A stretch of DNA of 64,000 nucleotides, taken from Clostridia bacterium (lineage in GTDB: Bacteria > Bacillota > Clostridia > Christensenellales > UBA1242). The notes beneath the pieces were generated by a model, which had not been told where the DNA came from, did no database searches, and saw nothing but the letters and a program-made list of their open reading frames with translations. Both the position numbers and the translations under genes were made by a program. This document shows, piece by piece, positions 36,459 through 45,734 of the stretch (the stretch's first letter is position 1; every line of letters starts with the position of its first letter). The DNA is taken from assembly GCA_045655005.1 (NCBI GenBank), contig JAZOOJ010000019.1:5416-69415 (forward strand), in the 5' to 3' direction.

Positions 36459-38432
36459 GTGAGAATGAAGAAAAATAATAAAATTTCAAACGCACAAAAC
36501 TCAGAGCCACAAAAGAAAAAAATAACTTTCCCAAAAGTTATGCTAATACTTGCAATTTTAATTGCGGTTGGTCTTGGGGCTTTTACGATTATTGATAAAT
36601 TAAATGACTCAGTTGCGAAGTCGATAAGTATTGAAGGAGCAAGTTCAGATATTTATATCGGTAACCCACAATATGAATCGGTTGAGTTTGCTGTATCTGT
36701 TTTCCCAGAAGCGGCAAACCAAGCCTTTAAGGTGTCAACATCAGATGCAAATGTAGCATCGGTAAGTATAACCGAAGATGGAAAGGTAAAAGTTTCTGCT
36801 GTCAGTGTTGGGAAAGCGACTATTTATGTTGAAAGTGCTGCAAAGTCATCTTTAATTGACAGTGTTGAAATAAATGTTAAAAACATAGATGTTCAAAATG
36901 TTACATTTGTAAAGCGTGCAACCGAAGACGGTGAGGTTGACAGTCCAATACAAAGTGTTGTTATGCAAAAAGATGGCATAGAGCATTATGTGGATTTTAA
37001 CCTTAATCCAGTTGATGCTAATATGGACAACCTTTCAATCGATTTTGATGAATCAATTTTAGAAAGTGTAACTATTGATAAAGCAAACAGAAGACTTGTT
37101 GTTGTTCCAAAAACTGATATCGAAAACGCTTCAACTACAGTTTATGTTGAAATTAATCAAGACACCGACGAGGGAGAAAGGGTTGTTTCAAAAAATATAA
37201 GAATACAGATAAATTTGGTTGAACGTGAAGCGTATTTGGCTTTTGAGTTTGCTTCTGATGCAAATCGTGAGTTTAGTTCTAATCATAGTGGGTTTGTATA
37301 TTTAGATCCAAAACTTTCAACTGACCAACAAAATGTAAGAGATATTTCAGATTTCTATGTAAAAGTCAATATCGCTTATGATAAAGATTTTAATAATCTT
37401 GGGACTTTTAGAATGGAAGACTTTATTGTGAGAGCTAATGATGAAGTTGTGGTAGCTCAAAATAGCACCGAAGAAAGTTTTAGTTACTCACAAGACGACA
37501 TTGTACTTTTAAATATTGATAAAGTTTATGATAATGGAGATTGCTATTACAAAGTAACTGCAACAAAGGACTTTAAATCAGGAAAATATGTAAGACTTTC
37601 ATTTGAACATTATTTTACTGGTGCACAAGGAGTTGTTGAGGTTAGTCATTTTGACCAAAGCAAGTTAAGTGGTGATGCAAACAGATTTAACATTAAACAA
37701 CAAGTTGTTGCAAGTGGAGAAAACCCAAAATTAGGACAAACAATTAATTTGATAAGCGAATCAAATAGCGCCTATGCAATTTCTAAGGGTTCTGAAACTG
37801 TTATGTTTACAACGTACGATGCTGCAATTAATGCTAAAATTATTAAAGCATTCCCAGTTGATGAAAACGGAGAAGAATGTTATTTATTCACAAATGGTAG
37901 TGGTGACCAAATAGCTATTACGCAAGTTGCAAACAGAATGAAGCTTTCTGCGACATCTAATGTGTTTAACACACAGAATGATCACGAAGCTGTAAAAATA
38001 TCATTCAGATGGAAATATATCTATTGGGATAACAGATATATTGTAAACTATGGTGAAGAACAAAAAATAGATTTAAACTTTTATGTTGAAGGTGTTTATT
38101 TTACGGCTGGTGGCGATAATGTAAATGCGATTACATTGTCCACTTCTACAACTACAACAATAAACATTAATAGTACACTAACAAAGAAAATAGCTGAAAA
38201 AAATTATAGCTCTTACTTTACTCAAAACGACGTAATTTGTAAAGTGTATTTGCTTAATAATTTGACTGGTGAGTTAACTGAAACAAGAAATGTGACAGTG
38301 TCACCTTCTGGCGACAGTGGTAATGGTCTGTGGTCGTTTAATGTTTCAAGTGTTGGCGCAAGTTCTGGAGAATATGTAATCAAGTTTAATTATTGCGATA
38401 TGCAAATTGTAATTAATGCTACTTTGCCATAA
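36459..38432 (+). CDS. Membrane-anchored surface protein with Big_2 domain
   Basis: 657 aa (an alternative ATG is at 36465). TM anchor ITFPKVMLILAILIAVGLGAF. Big_2 signature FKVSTSDANVASVSITEDGKVKVSAVSVGKATIYVES. Confidence 0.65.
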   Translation: MRMKKNNKISNAQNSEPQKKKITFPKVMLILAILIAVGLGAFTIIDKLNDSVAKSISIEGASSDIYIGNPQYESVEFAVSVFPEAANQAFKVSTSDANVASVSITEDGKVKVSAVSVGKATIYVESAAKSSLIDSVEINVKNIDVQNVTFVKRATEDGEVDSPIQSVVMQKDGIEHYVDFNLNPVDANMDNLSIDFDESILESVTIDKANRRLVVVPKTDIENASTTVYVEINQDTDEGERVVSKNIRIQINLVEREAYLAFEFASDANREFSSNHSGFVYLDPKLSTDQQNVRDISDFYVKVNIAYDKDFNNLGTFRMEDFIVRANDEVVVAQNSTEESFSYSQDDIVLLNIDKVYDNGDCYYKVTATKDFKSGKYVRLSFEHYFTGAQGVVEVSHFDQSKLSGDANRFNIKQQVVASGENPKLGQTINLISESNSAYAISKGSETVMFTTYDAAINAKIIKAFPVDENGEECYLFTNGSGDQIAITQVANRMKLSATSNVFNTQNDHEAVKISFRWKYIYWDNRYIVNYGEEQKIDLNFYVEGVYFTAGGDNVNAITLSTSTTTTININSTLTKKIAEKNYSSYFTQNDVICKVYLLNNLTGELTETRNVTVSPSGDSGNGLWSFNVSSVGASSGEYVIKFNYCDMQIVINATLP

Positions 38433-38453
38433 GTTTTAAGTTAAGAGAAAAAA

Positions 38454-38711
38454 ATGATAGAAAATGAATTTTTATATGGTAATATCAAAAAGGTGGACTT
38501 GCACGGGTTGTCAAGAGAAGAGGCGTTCAGTTTAATGCATCACGAAATATATATGGTAGACAACTCGGTTGATGGTATCGAATTCATACATGGATACCAT
38601 GGTGGTAAAGTGTTAAAAAACCTTGTTAGGAAAGAGTTTGTTTCCGATAGAATTGAAAAGATAGTTGCTGTTGACGCAAGCAGGACTGTTTATAAAATTA
38701 GGAAACAATAA
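38454..38711 (+). CDS. Stand-alone Smr domain protein
   Basis: 85 aa. VDLHGLSREEAFSLMHHEI....IEFIHGYHGGKVLKNLVRKE fits the Smr pattern DLHG....EA........(I)HG.G.G.L. Confidence 0.6.
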   Translation: MIENEFLYGNIKKVDLHGLSREEAFSLMHHEIYMVDNSVDGIEFIHGYHGGKVLKNLVRKEFVSDRIEKIVAVDASRTVYKIRKQ

Positions 38712-38726
38712 AATTTTAGAAAACTC

Positions 38727-38755
38727 TTGAAAATATCTTTTGCATATGTTATAAT
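38727..38755 (+). promoter_or_regulatory. Extended -10 promoter
   Basis: TTGAAA (38727-38732), 17 nt spacer, TGtTATAAT with the -10 hexamer at 38750-38755. Confidence 0.6.
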
Positions 38756-38784
38756 ATACTCACAAAAAGGGAGGGGGATTTTAT

Positions 38785-38985
38785 ATGGTATCAAAGAATG
38801 TTTTAGTTGGAAGTATCGTAACAGTTTTGATTTGTTTAGCTTTAAGTGTTACTTGTGCAATAATTAGGAGCTTTGACGTGGTTTCGGTAATTTTATTAGC
38901 TGTCGTTGTTGTTCTTGGAATTGTTATTGCAGTTACTGCTTGGAGGGAAATCGTAAATCAAAAACACGATGAAGAAGAAATATAA
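38785..38985 (+). CDS. Small two-TM membrane protein
   Basis: 66 aa with a strong GGGAGGGGG RBS, its own promoter and its own terminator. Confidence 0.55.
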   Translation: MVSKNVLVGSIVTVLICLALSVTCAIIRSFDVVSVILLAVVVVLGIVIAVTAWREIVNQKHDEEEI

Positions 38986-38998
38986 TTAACTAGTTATT

Positions 38999-39030
38999 AA
39001 AACTCTGCGAAATTTTCGCAGAGTTTTTGT
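38999..39030 (+). terminator. rho-independent terminator
   Basis: Perfect hairpin aactctgcgaaa / tttcgcagagtt followed by TTTT. Confidence 0.8.
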
Positions 39031-39084
39031 TTATCTATAAATTTTTTGTTAATACTTGTTAATGTAAAAGGAGATGAAAAGTTT

Positions 39085-39654
39085 ATGGAAAAGAAAACTA
39101 TAGCAACAACAATATCAGGGATTTTAATTTTGGTATTTATTATTATAACAGGAGCAACGCTTTCAGCTTTTAAAGTTCAAAAAGAAAAAGTTGAGGTTAA
39201 ATCGATTAAAATCCAGGCAGAAAGTGGCATTTTTATTACGGACAATAACGGTAATGAAATTCAAGAATTAGAAATTAAATCGTCTGCGGTTGGGGTTCGA
39301 CCAGCAACTGGTGAAGAAGATAGTGTTACTCATGTTCCGTCAACTATTAACGACGCTGTTGGAACGGAGGGAGCATATACTACATTCAATATTAAAAGTG
39401 ATAAAGATTACAAAATTGTTCTTTTAAGTTGCGGTTTAACAAAGGGAAGTGAAGAGAATTTAGACAATGTTAGAATTGCTTTGCTTGATGATAAAAGTGA
39501 TAGTATTAAAGGTAGTGACATCGGAAAGGTTTTGGGAGATGGAAAAGCTACAACAAAAGAAGAAATAACAATTGCGGTATGGCTTGATGCAGATACAAAA
39601 AAGTCCATCGCTTCTGCTGATATCCATATTGTTTTAGCAGTTATTTATAAATAA
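39085..39654 (+). CDS. Secreted protein, possibly of the SipW-type signal peptide / TasA-camelysin-like class
   Basis: The start is refined to ATG 39085 (AGGAG RBS). The N-terminus MEKKTIATTISGILILVFIIITGATLSAFKVQ resembles the ..GGT.A.F.. signal class. This is a weak, memory-based call. Confidence 0.35.
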   Translation: MEKKTIATTISGILILVFIIITGATLSAFKVQKEKVEVKSIKIQAESGIFITDNNGNEIQELEIKSSAVGVRPATGEEDSVTHVPSTINDAVGTEGAYTTFNIKSDKDYKIVLLSCGLTKGSEENLDNVRIALLDDKSDSIKGSDIGKVLGDGKATTKEEITIAVWLDADTKKSIASADIHIVLAVIYK

Positions 39655-39678
39655 TTTATAAATTAGCATACTAATAAT

Positions 39679-41220
39679 ATGCTAAGCAATAAACCAAAGA
39701 GTTTTCGTCCATTTAATACCATTTTAATGATGGCATTGGGTTTGGGCAGTAAAATCACAAGTGTTTTATTTAAAATAGTTTTGATTATAATAATAGGAAC
39801 GGTCGGTATTGGTTATTACCAATTGGCCTTTCCTTTATTTGTCTTTTTATTTTCGATTTCGTCAGTTGGGATTGGAACTACGCTTACTATGCAAATAGCC
39901 GAAAATGGTTGGAGAGAAACGCTTCAAAATGGTGGCTTTCAATACGCAAAAAAATCAACGTATGTCGTTTCTTTAATTTCTAGCATTTTGTTAGTATTAA
40001 TATCGCCATTTGTATCAAAAGTGCAAGGGAACACTGATATAATATACATTTATTATAGCGTTGCAATTGCTATTGTTTCGGTGTCAATATTGACTTTTTA
40101 TAGGGCGGTTTTGCGTGGAAATAAATTGATTAAAGCCTATGCCGTTTCTGACATTATTGAGCAGTTCTCTAAATTGATTTTGGCTGTAATTTTTTCTTTT
40201 TTGTTTGTAAAATGGGGTGAAATATATGCTGTAATGGGCGTATTTATAGGGATTTCACTGAGTGCATTATTAACGCTTATTTATATTAAAATTATTTTGT
40301 CTAAACTTCCTTCAGACGAAAAGACTCCAGATTTTTGCATATTATTTGACAAATCTAAATTTTTAAAATCATCATTTATTGCGGGGTTATCGTCGGTTTT
40401 ATTGCCATTTGTGCAAATTATAGATTCTATTGTTGTAGTTAGAATTTTGACTTTAATTGGATTTGGGCAGATTGAAGCGACCTCGCTATTTGGTCTTTCA
40501 AGAGGTAATATTTCGGCGCTTTTAAATTTGCCTAATACAATAATTGTGGCAATAGAGTTTTTATTGTTGCCTGATTTATTAAAAGTAAAGACAAAAAATG
40601 AAATTATAAAAAAATGTAGGGTTACACTGTCTTTTGCTTTAGCACTTGGCGTATTTGTTGGTGCAATTTATTTTGCTTTTAGCAGTGAAATTTTGACGGT
40701 AGTATATAGAAATTCTTTTGATGGAATGGATAAAAGCATAGCCGTTAATTTGTTGAAAATTGGAGCAGTGTCAGTTATATTTTCATCTCTTTCACAAATT
40801 TTAGCAGTGGTTTTACAGGGAATAAAGAAATTGCATTTGCCAATTATTTCATTAACAATAGCATCAATTTTAAAGATTGTATTTGAAATTATTTTTATTA
40901 GGTATTTGGGAATATATGGTGCAGAGTTATCTAATGTTTTGTTTTATTTAACTCTTGTGGTTAGTAATGGAATATTTTTAATAAATAATAAGGTTTATTT
41001 TGGAAGTCTTCTTAATTTGGCAATAATGATTTCAATTTCTCTTTGGGTTTTATTAACAAAAGTGGTATATAGTTTGATTGCTTATAAAGTTAATTTTATA
41101 TTTGCAATAATACTTGCAAGTGTTATGACTTCTATGGTAGTAATAGCGTTTGGATTGATGATTTCTAGTAAACTTAAAAAGAAAAAATTTCAAAGAAAAA
41201 ATTTTTATAGTCAAGTATAA
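39679..41220 (+). CDS. MOP-superfamily flippase (polysaccharide biosynthesis / SpoVB-MurJ-like)
   Basis: 513 aa with about 14 TM segments. The length and hydrophobicity pattern are typical of Wzx/SpoVB proteins. No diagnostic motif was checked. Confidence 0.5.
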   Translation: MLSNKPKSFRPFNTILMMALGLGSKITSVLFKIVLIIIIGTVGIGYYQLAFPLFVFLFSISSVGIGTTLTMQIAENGWRETLQNGGFQYAKKSTYVVSLISSILLVLISPFVSKVQGNTDIIYIYYSVAIAIVSVSILTFYRAVLRGNKLIKAYAVSDIIEQFSKLILAVIFSFLFVKWGEIYAVMGVFIGISLSALLTLIYIKIILSKLPSDEKTPDFCILFDKSKFLKSSFIAGLSSVLLPFVQIIDSIVVVRILTLIGFGQIEATSLFGLSRGNISALLNLPNTIIVAIEFLLLPDLLKVKTKNEIIKKCRVTLSFALALGVFVGAIYFAFSSEILTVVYRNSFDGMDKSIAVNLLKIGAVSVIFSSLSQILAVVLQGIKKLHLPIISLTIASILKIVFEIIFIRYLGIYGAELSNVLFYLTLVVSNGIFLINNKVYFGSLLNLAIMISISLWVLLTKVVYSLIAYKVNFIFAIILASVMTSMVVIAFGLMISSKLKKKKFQRKNFYSQV

Positions 41221-41274
41221 AAGTATAGTGATATGGAGATTATTTATTTAAATCAATTATATAGGAGAATAATA

Positions 41275-41550
41275 ATGAATAAAAATGATTTAATTAAAGG
41301 GATTTCCAAAGAATCCAATTTGTCGCAAAAAGAAGCAAGAGAAGCATTAACAGCACTCGCTAAAATTATTAAAGAATCGTTAAAGAAAGGCGATAACGTT
41401 AAAATTTCAGGATTTGGTAAGTTTGAAGTAAAGAACAGAAAAGAAAGAGTAACTACTAATCCACAAACTCGCCAAAGGTTAGTAATACCTGCAACAAAAG
41501 TAACATCGTTTAAGGCCGGTAAAGAATTAAAAGATGCAATCTCAGGGTAA
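41275..41550 (+). CDS. hup: DNA-binding protein HU
   Basis: The start is refined to ATG 41275 (AGGAG RBS). MNKNDLIKGISKESNLSQKEA...GFGKFEVKNRKERVTTNPQT. Confidence 0.93.
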   Translation: MNKNDLIKGISKESNLSQKEAREALTALAKIIKESLKKGDNVKISGFGKFEVKNRKERVTTNPQTRQRLVIPATKVTSFKAGKELKDAISG

Positions 41551-41628
41551 AGTATTGACTGATTTTGACCTTTGATAATTTGTGAAATTATAGTTGTGAA
41601 ATATAAAAGTTTGTTGTAATATATAAGT

Positions 41629-42579
41629 ATGACAAATTTCAATCCGAAAGAATATTTTAAAATTAATAATTTAGTTTTGGCTCCAATGGCAGGTTATACT
41701 GACATTGGTTTTCGCCATTTGTGTAGAAAATATGGTGTGGGCTTAGTTTTTACTGAGATGATAAGTGCTAAGGCTATTTTGTATAATAATGAGAAAACAT
41801 TGCAGTTAATGGCTTCAACTGAAGATGAACACCCAATTGCGTTACAATTGTTTGGAAATGACCCAAAAGATTTTGAAAAAGTTCTAAAAAGAAATGAAAT
41901 TGAACATTTTGATGTGATAGATATTAATATGGGTTGTCCTGCTCCTAAAATAGTAAAAAATGGAGAGGGCTCGGCGTTGCTTGAAGATATTGACCTTGCA
42001 AGAGAAATCGTAACTACCTGCGTAAAAAATACAACGAAGCCAATTTCGGTTAAATTTAGAAGTGGCGTTGATGAAGATCATAATGTTGCAGTTGAGTTTG
42101 CTAAGATGTGTGAAGAAGCCGGAGCATCATTTATAACCTTTCACCCAAGAACCAGAGTTCAAGGATATGCAGGGCGTGCAGATTGGGAACAAATTAAAAA
42201 AGTTGTTGATGCTGTAACTATTCCCGTTGTAGCAAGTGGAGATGTATTGACTTTCTTTGACCTACGATATCTAATTGATGAGTGTAAAGCTAGTGCTGTT
42301 ATGGTTGGACGTGGTGCGGTTGGGAAACCCGAAATTTTTGCAGAACTTAAAAATAATACAAAACTAACTTTATCGCTAAATGAGAAAATTGCACAAATAG
42401 AAGAGCATATTAATTGGATGCGTCAGTTTTTTAATGAGAACTATGTATCTAGTGAAATGAAAAAACATATATTAAGTTATGTAAAGTCTTTTGATGGAGC
42501 TATTGAAATGAAAAAAAGAGTTGCAGTGGTTAAAAATATAGATGAGTGTGTCAAAATATTAAAAGAATACGCAAATTAA
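41629..42579 (+). CDS. dus: tRNA-dihydrouridine synthase
   Basis: LAPMAGYTDIGFRHLCRKYG, DINMGCPAPKIV and ITFHPRT. Confidence 0.88.
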   Translation: MTNFNPKEYFKINNLVLAPMAGYTDIGFRHLCRKYGVGLVFTEMISAKAILYNNEKTLQLMASTEDEHPIALQLFGNDPKDFEKVLKRNEIEHFDVIDINMGCPAPKIVKNGEGSALLEDIDLAREIVTTCVKNTTKPISVKFRSGVDEDHNVAVEFAKMCEEAGASFITFHPRTRVQGYAGRADWEQIKKVVDAVTIPVVASGDVLTFFDLRYLIDECKASAVMVGRGAVGKPEIFAELKNNTKLTLSLNEKIAQIEEHINWMRQFFNENYVSSEMKKHILSYVKSFDGAIEMKKRVAVVKNIDECVKILKEYAN

Positions 42580-42658
42580 CTGACTACAATTGTTTGACAA
42601 TGAGGCCTGAAAAATGATAAAATTATTTTGTAATACTTTTAAGGAATAGGTACGTGAT

Positions 42659-43849
42659 ATGAATAAAAAAAGTTTTAAAGACATAGACGTTAACGGGAAG
42701 TCGGTTTTTGTAAGAGTGGATTTTAATGTACCAGTTGACGACAACAATAATATTATTGATGATACAAGGATTATTTCTGCTCTTCCAACGATTAAATATT
42801 TAGTTAATAATAACGCAAAGGTAATACTTTGTTCTCACCTCGGAAGACCAAAGGGTGTATTTAATGACAACTTTTCAATGAAGATTGTTCACCCAACACT
42901 TGAAAGGGTTTTAGGAATGCCAGTCAAAATGGCAAGCGATGTGGTTGGAGAATCTGCGAAAAAACTTGCAAGTGAACTTAAAGAAGGCGAAGTGATGCTT
43001 CTTGAAAATGTAAGATTCCATAAAGAAGAAGAGGAAAACGACGAAGAATTTGCAAAGGAATTGGCTTCGCTCGCAGAGATTTTTGTTCTTGATGCTTTTG
43101 GAACTGCACACAGAGCACACGCTTCAACCGCTGGTATTGCAAGATTTATTCCAGCAGTAGCAGGCTTTTTGGTTGCAAAAGAAGTTACCGAAATTGAAAG
43201 GGCAACAGTCAACCCAACAAGGCCATCGGTTGTAATTTTTGGCGGTAAAAAGGTTTCTGATAAAATTGGTGTAATTTCAACAATGCTTGATAAGGCCAAC
43301 TCAATTTTGATTGGTGGTGCAATGGCATTTACATTTATCGTTGCACAAGGCGGAGAAATTGGATTAAGTCGCTATGAAAAAGATAAAGTTGAACTTGCTA
43401 AGCAAATTCTTGAACTTGCAGAAAAGAAAAATGTAAGAGTATATTTACCAGTAGACTCAGTTGTAACTCGTGAATTCTCACCAAACGCAAAGGCTAAGGT
43501 GGTTGATTCATATAAGATTCCTGCTGATTGTCAAAGTATGGATATTGGTCCAAAGACAAGAAAGTTGTTTGCAAAAATTATAAAGAATGCAAAGACTGTT
43601 ATTTGGAATGGCCCTATGGGTGTTTATGAATTTAAGAAATTCCAAAAGGGTACTGTAGCGGTTGCAAAGGCTATTGCAAAGAGCGATGCAATAAGTGTAA
43701 TCGGTGGTGGTGATAGTGCTGCGGCTGTTAATGAATCAGGATATGCGTCAAGAATTACACACATTTCGACTGGTGGTGGAGCAACTCTTGAACTTTTAGA
43801 AGGTAAGGACCTTCCAGGAATTGCAATGCTTAATGATAAAGAAGACTAG
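42659..43849 (+). CDS. pgk: Phosphoglycerate kinase
   Basis: VFVRVDFNVP, SHLGRPKG and GGGDSAAAV. Confidence 0.97.
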   Translation: MNKKSFKDIDVNGKSVFVRVDFNVPVDDNNNIIDDTRIISALPTIKYLVNNNAKVILCSHLGRPKGVFNDNFSMKIVHPTLERVLGMPVKMASDVVGESAKKLASELKEGEVMLLENVRFHKEEEENDEEFAKELASLAEIFVLDAFGTAHRAHASTAGIARFIPAVAGFLVAKEVTEIERATVNPTRPSVVIFGGKKVSDKIGVISTMLDKANSILIGGAMAFTFIVAQGGEIGLSRYEKDKVELAKQILELAEKKNVRVYLPVDSVVTREFSPNAKAKVVDSYKIPADCQSMDIGPKTRKLFAKIIKNAKTVIWNGPMGVYEFKKFQKGTVAVAKAIAKSDAISVIGGGDSAAAVNESGYASRITHISTGGGATLELLEGKDLPGIAMLNDKED

Positions 43850-43860
43850 GGAGTAGTTTT

Positions 43861-44625
43861 ATGAAAAGAAAGGTAATTTGTGGAAATTGGAAAATGGCTA
43901 AGACAAATAGTGAAAGCCAACAATTAGTTCAAGAAATTATAGAAAAAATGCCAAAGACAAAAAATGAGGTTGTTGTATGCCCATCATTTTTGGCGCTGCC
44001 TCAAACTGTGAGCCAAACAGAAGGGACTCAGGTAAAAGTCGGTGCTCAAACAATGCATTACGAAGACAAGGGACCATACACTGGTGAAGTAAGTGCAAAA
44101 ATGCTTACAGAAATTGGTGTTCAATATGTAATTATTGGTCATAGTAGCAGAAGAAGTGATGACAACGAAACCGATGTTAAAATTAACAAAAAAATAAAGA
44201 AAGCGATAGAAAGTGGTTTAATTCCAATTCTTTGTGTTGGGGAAAGTTCAAAAGAAAGAGAACTTGGAAGAACATACAGAGTAATTAAAAGACAGTTGCA
44301 AAGAGATTTGGAAGGCATTGAAAATGCGACAAGTGTTATAGTTGCTTATGAACCTTTGTGGGCAATTTCTGATGGTATTAATCCTGCTCCAACACCAACA
44401 ATTGAAGAAATTGGTGCGGTTAATAGTGGTATTAAGCGTGTTTTAAGACAAATTTTTGGCAAAGAACAAGTTAAGCAAATGAGAATACTTTATGGCGGAA
44501 GTGTTACCCCAGAAAACGCCGGAGAGATTATGGCTGACAGAAGTGTTAACGGTGTATTGGTTGGTGGTGCAAGTCTTAACGCCGATAAATTTATTGGTAT
44601 TGTAAATTCAGCAATGAAAAAGTAA
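43861..44625 (+). CDS. tpiA: Triose-phosphate isomerase
   Basis: GNWKMAKT, IIGHSSRR, AYEPLWAI and YGGSV. Confidence 0.96.
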   Translation: MKRKVICGNWKMAKTNSESQQLVQEIIEKMPKTKNEVVVCPSFLALPQTVSQTEGTQVKVGAQTMHYEDKGPYTGEVSAKMLTEIGVQYVIIGHSSRRSDDNETDVKINKKIKKAIESGLIPILCVGESSKERELGRTYRVIKRQLQRDLEGIENATSVIVAYEPLWAISDGINPAPTPTIEEIGAVNSGIKRVLRQIFGKEQVKQMRILYGGSVTPENAGEIMADRSVNGVLVGGASLNADKFIGIVNSAMKK

Positions 44626-44635
44626 GAGATAATCT

Positions 44636-44878
44636 ATGCTTGAAAACCTTTTGATATTATGTCGATTATTGCTTGCTCAGAATGAGAAGCAGAAAGCTGA
44701 GTCCTATTTAGGCTTGGCTATTCTTGCGTTGTTTAGTATTGTATTTATAATGGACGTGTTTGGTAAAGGTTCATATGGTAAAAACAAAGATATGAAAAAG
44801 ATATTGCTGTTTTTGTCGTGTTTATTCATTTTTATTTTTATAATTATTTTTATATCATTTAAATATCAAAATAGTTAA
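44636..44878 (+). CDS. Hypothetical small membrane protein
   Basis: 80 aa with two hydrophobic segments and a weak RBS. Coding status is uncertain. Confidence 0.3.
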   Translation: MLENLLILCRLLLAQNEKQKAESYLGLAILALFSIVFIMDVFGKGSYGKNKDMKKILLFLSCLFIFIFIIIFISFKYQNS

Positions 44879-44896
44879 ATAGTTATGAATAAATCA

Positions 44897-44925
44897 TTGA
44901 AATTTTAAAATTAATATGTTATAAT
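44897..44925 (+). promoter_or_regulatory. Extended -10 promoter of secG
   Basis: TTGAAA (44897-44902), 17 nt spacer, TGtTATAAT with the -10 hexamer at 44920-44925. Confidence 0.6.
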
Positions 44926-44959
44926 GTTCGCAAGTTTTGAAAAGTGTATGGAGGAATAT

Positions 44960-45283
44960 ATGTTAACTAGAATTAATAATTTAATCGCAGCAGATAAAGT
45001 AAGACCAGATTGGGTAGTAAAATCTTTTCCTGTTATCCAAATTGTATTAATTTGCATGCTGTTAGTTTGTGCAATCTTTATGATTGTTGCTGTTACAATG
45101 CAACACGGGAACACTAATGGAATGACAGGTATTACCGGTGACACAAGTGATACTTTCTATAACAGAAACAAAGGTCAATCAATGCAAGGTAAAATTAAAA
45201 AGCTTACAGTTATTGATTCAATTTTAATGGTTGCATTGTGTGTAGTATATTTGATTTTATTCCAAATTTATCACGTTGCATAA
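44960..45283 (+). CDS. secG: Preprotein translocase subunit SecG-like
   Basis: The start is refined to ATG 44960 (GGAGG 5 nt upstream), because the ORF-track ATG at 44924 lies inside the -10 box. There are two TM segments flanking a Gly-rich loop (MQHGNTNGMTGITGDTSDTFYNRNKG). The position downstream of pgk-tpiA is typical for secG. Confidence 0.55.
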   Translation: MLTRINNLIAADKVRPDWVVKSFPVIQIVLICMLLVCAIFMIVAVTMQHGNTNGMTGITGDTSDTFYNRNKGQSMQGKIKKLTVIDSILMVALCVVYLILFQIYHVA

Positions 45284-45289
45284 ATTTTA

Positions 45290-45321
45290 AAAACGCATTA
45301 GATTTTTTCTAATGCGTTTTG
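45290..45321 (+). terminator. rho-independent terminator
   Basis: Hairpin aaaacgcattaga / tctaatgcgtttt. Confidence 0.8.
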
Positions 45322-45371
45322 TATATTTTATTTAATTTATAACAAACTATAATTGTAAAGGAGATAAATAT

Positions 45372-45575
45372 ATGGCAATTTTAACATTTATCGCTTTGAT
45401 TCTTACAATTATCGGTGCTGTTAATTGGTTTTTGGTTGGAGTCTTTACCTTTAATCTTGTAACTTGGATTTTTGGTGTTGGACTTTTTGCAAGAATTATT
45501 TATGCATTGGTTGGAATAGCTGGTTTCTGGCTAATCTATGTATTAATCAGGCACAGAGGAAAAGTATTAGCCTAA
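45372..45575 (+). CDS. DUF378 domain membrane protein
   Basis: IALILTIIGAVNWFLVGVFTFNLVTWIFG matches the DUF378 core (IGG.NWGLVG.F.F.LV). Confidence 0.8.
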   Translation: MAILTFIALILTIIGAVNWFLVGVFTFNLVTWIFGVGLFARIIYALVGIAGFWLIYVLIRHRGKVLA

Positions 45576-45597
45576 TTCAAAGGCTAATACTTTTTTT
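45564..45597 (+). terminator. rho-independent terminator (overlaps the stop codon)
   Basis: Hairpin gtattagcct / aggctaatac followed by TTTTTTT. Confidence 0.8.
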
Positions 45598-45734
45598 ATT
45601 CATAAATCGCAAATTGAGTGAAAATGTGTAAATTTGATGAAAAATTTTTTTAAATTGATATATTGGCTGAAATTATTTTTATTTTTTATTTCTTTTGTGT
45701 ATAATTGAATTATATATTTAGGAGGTAACAATAT

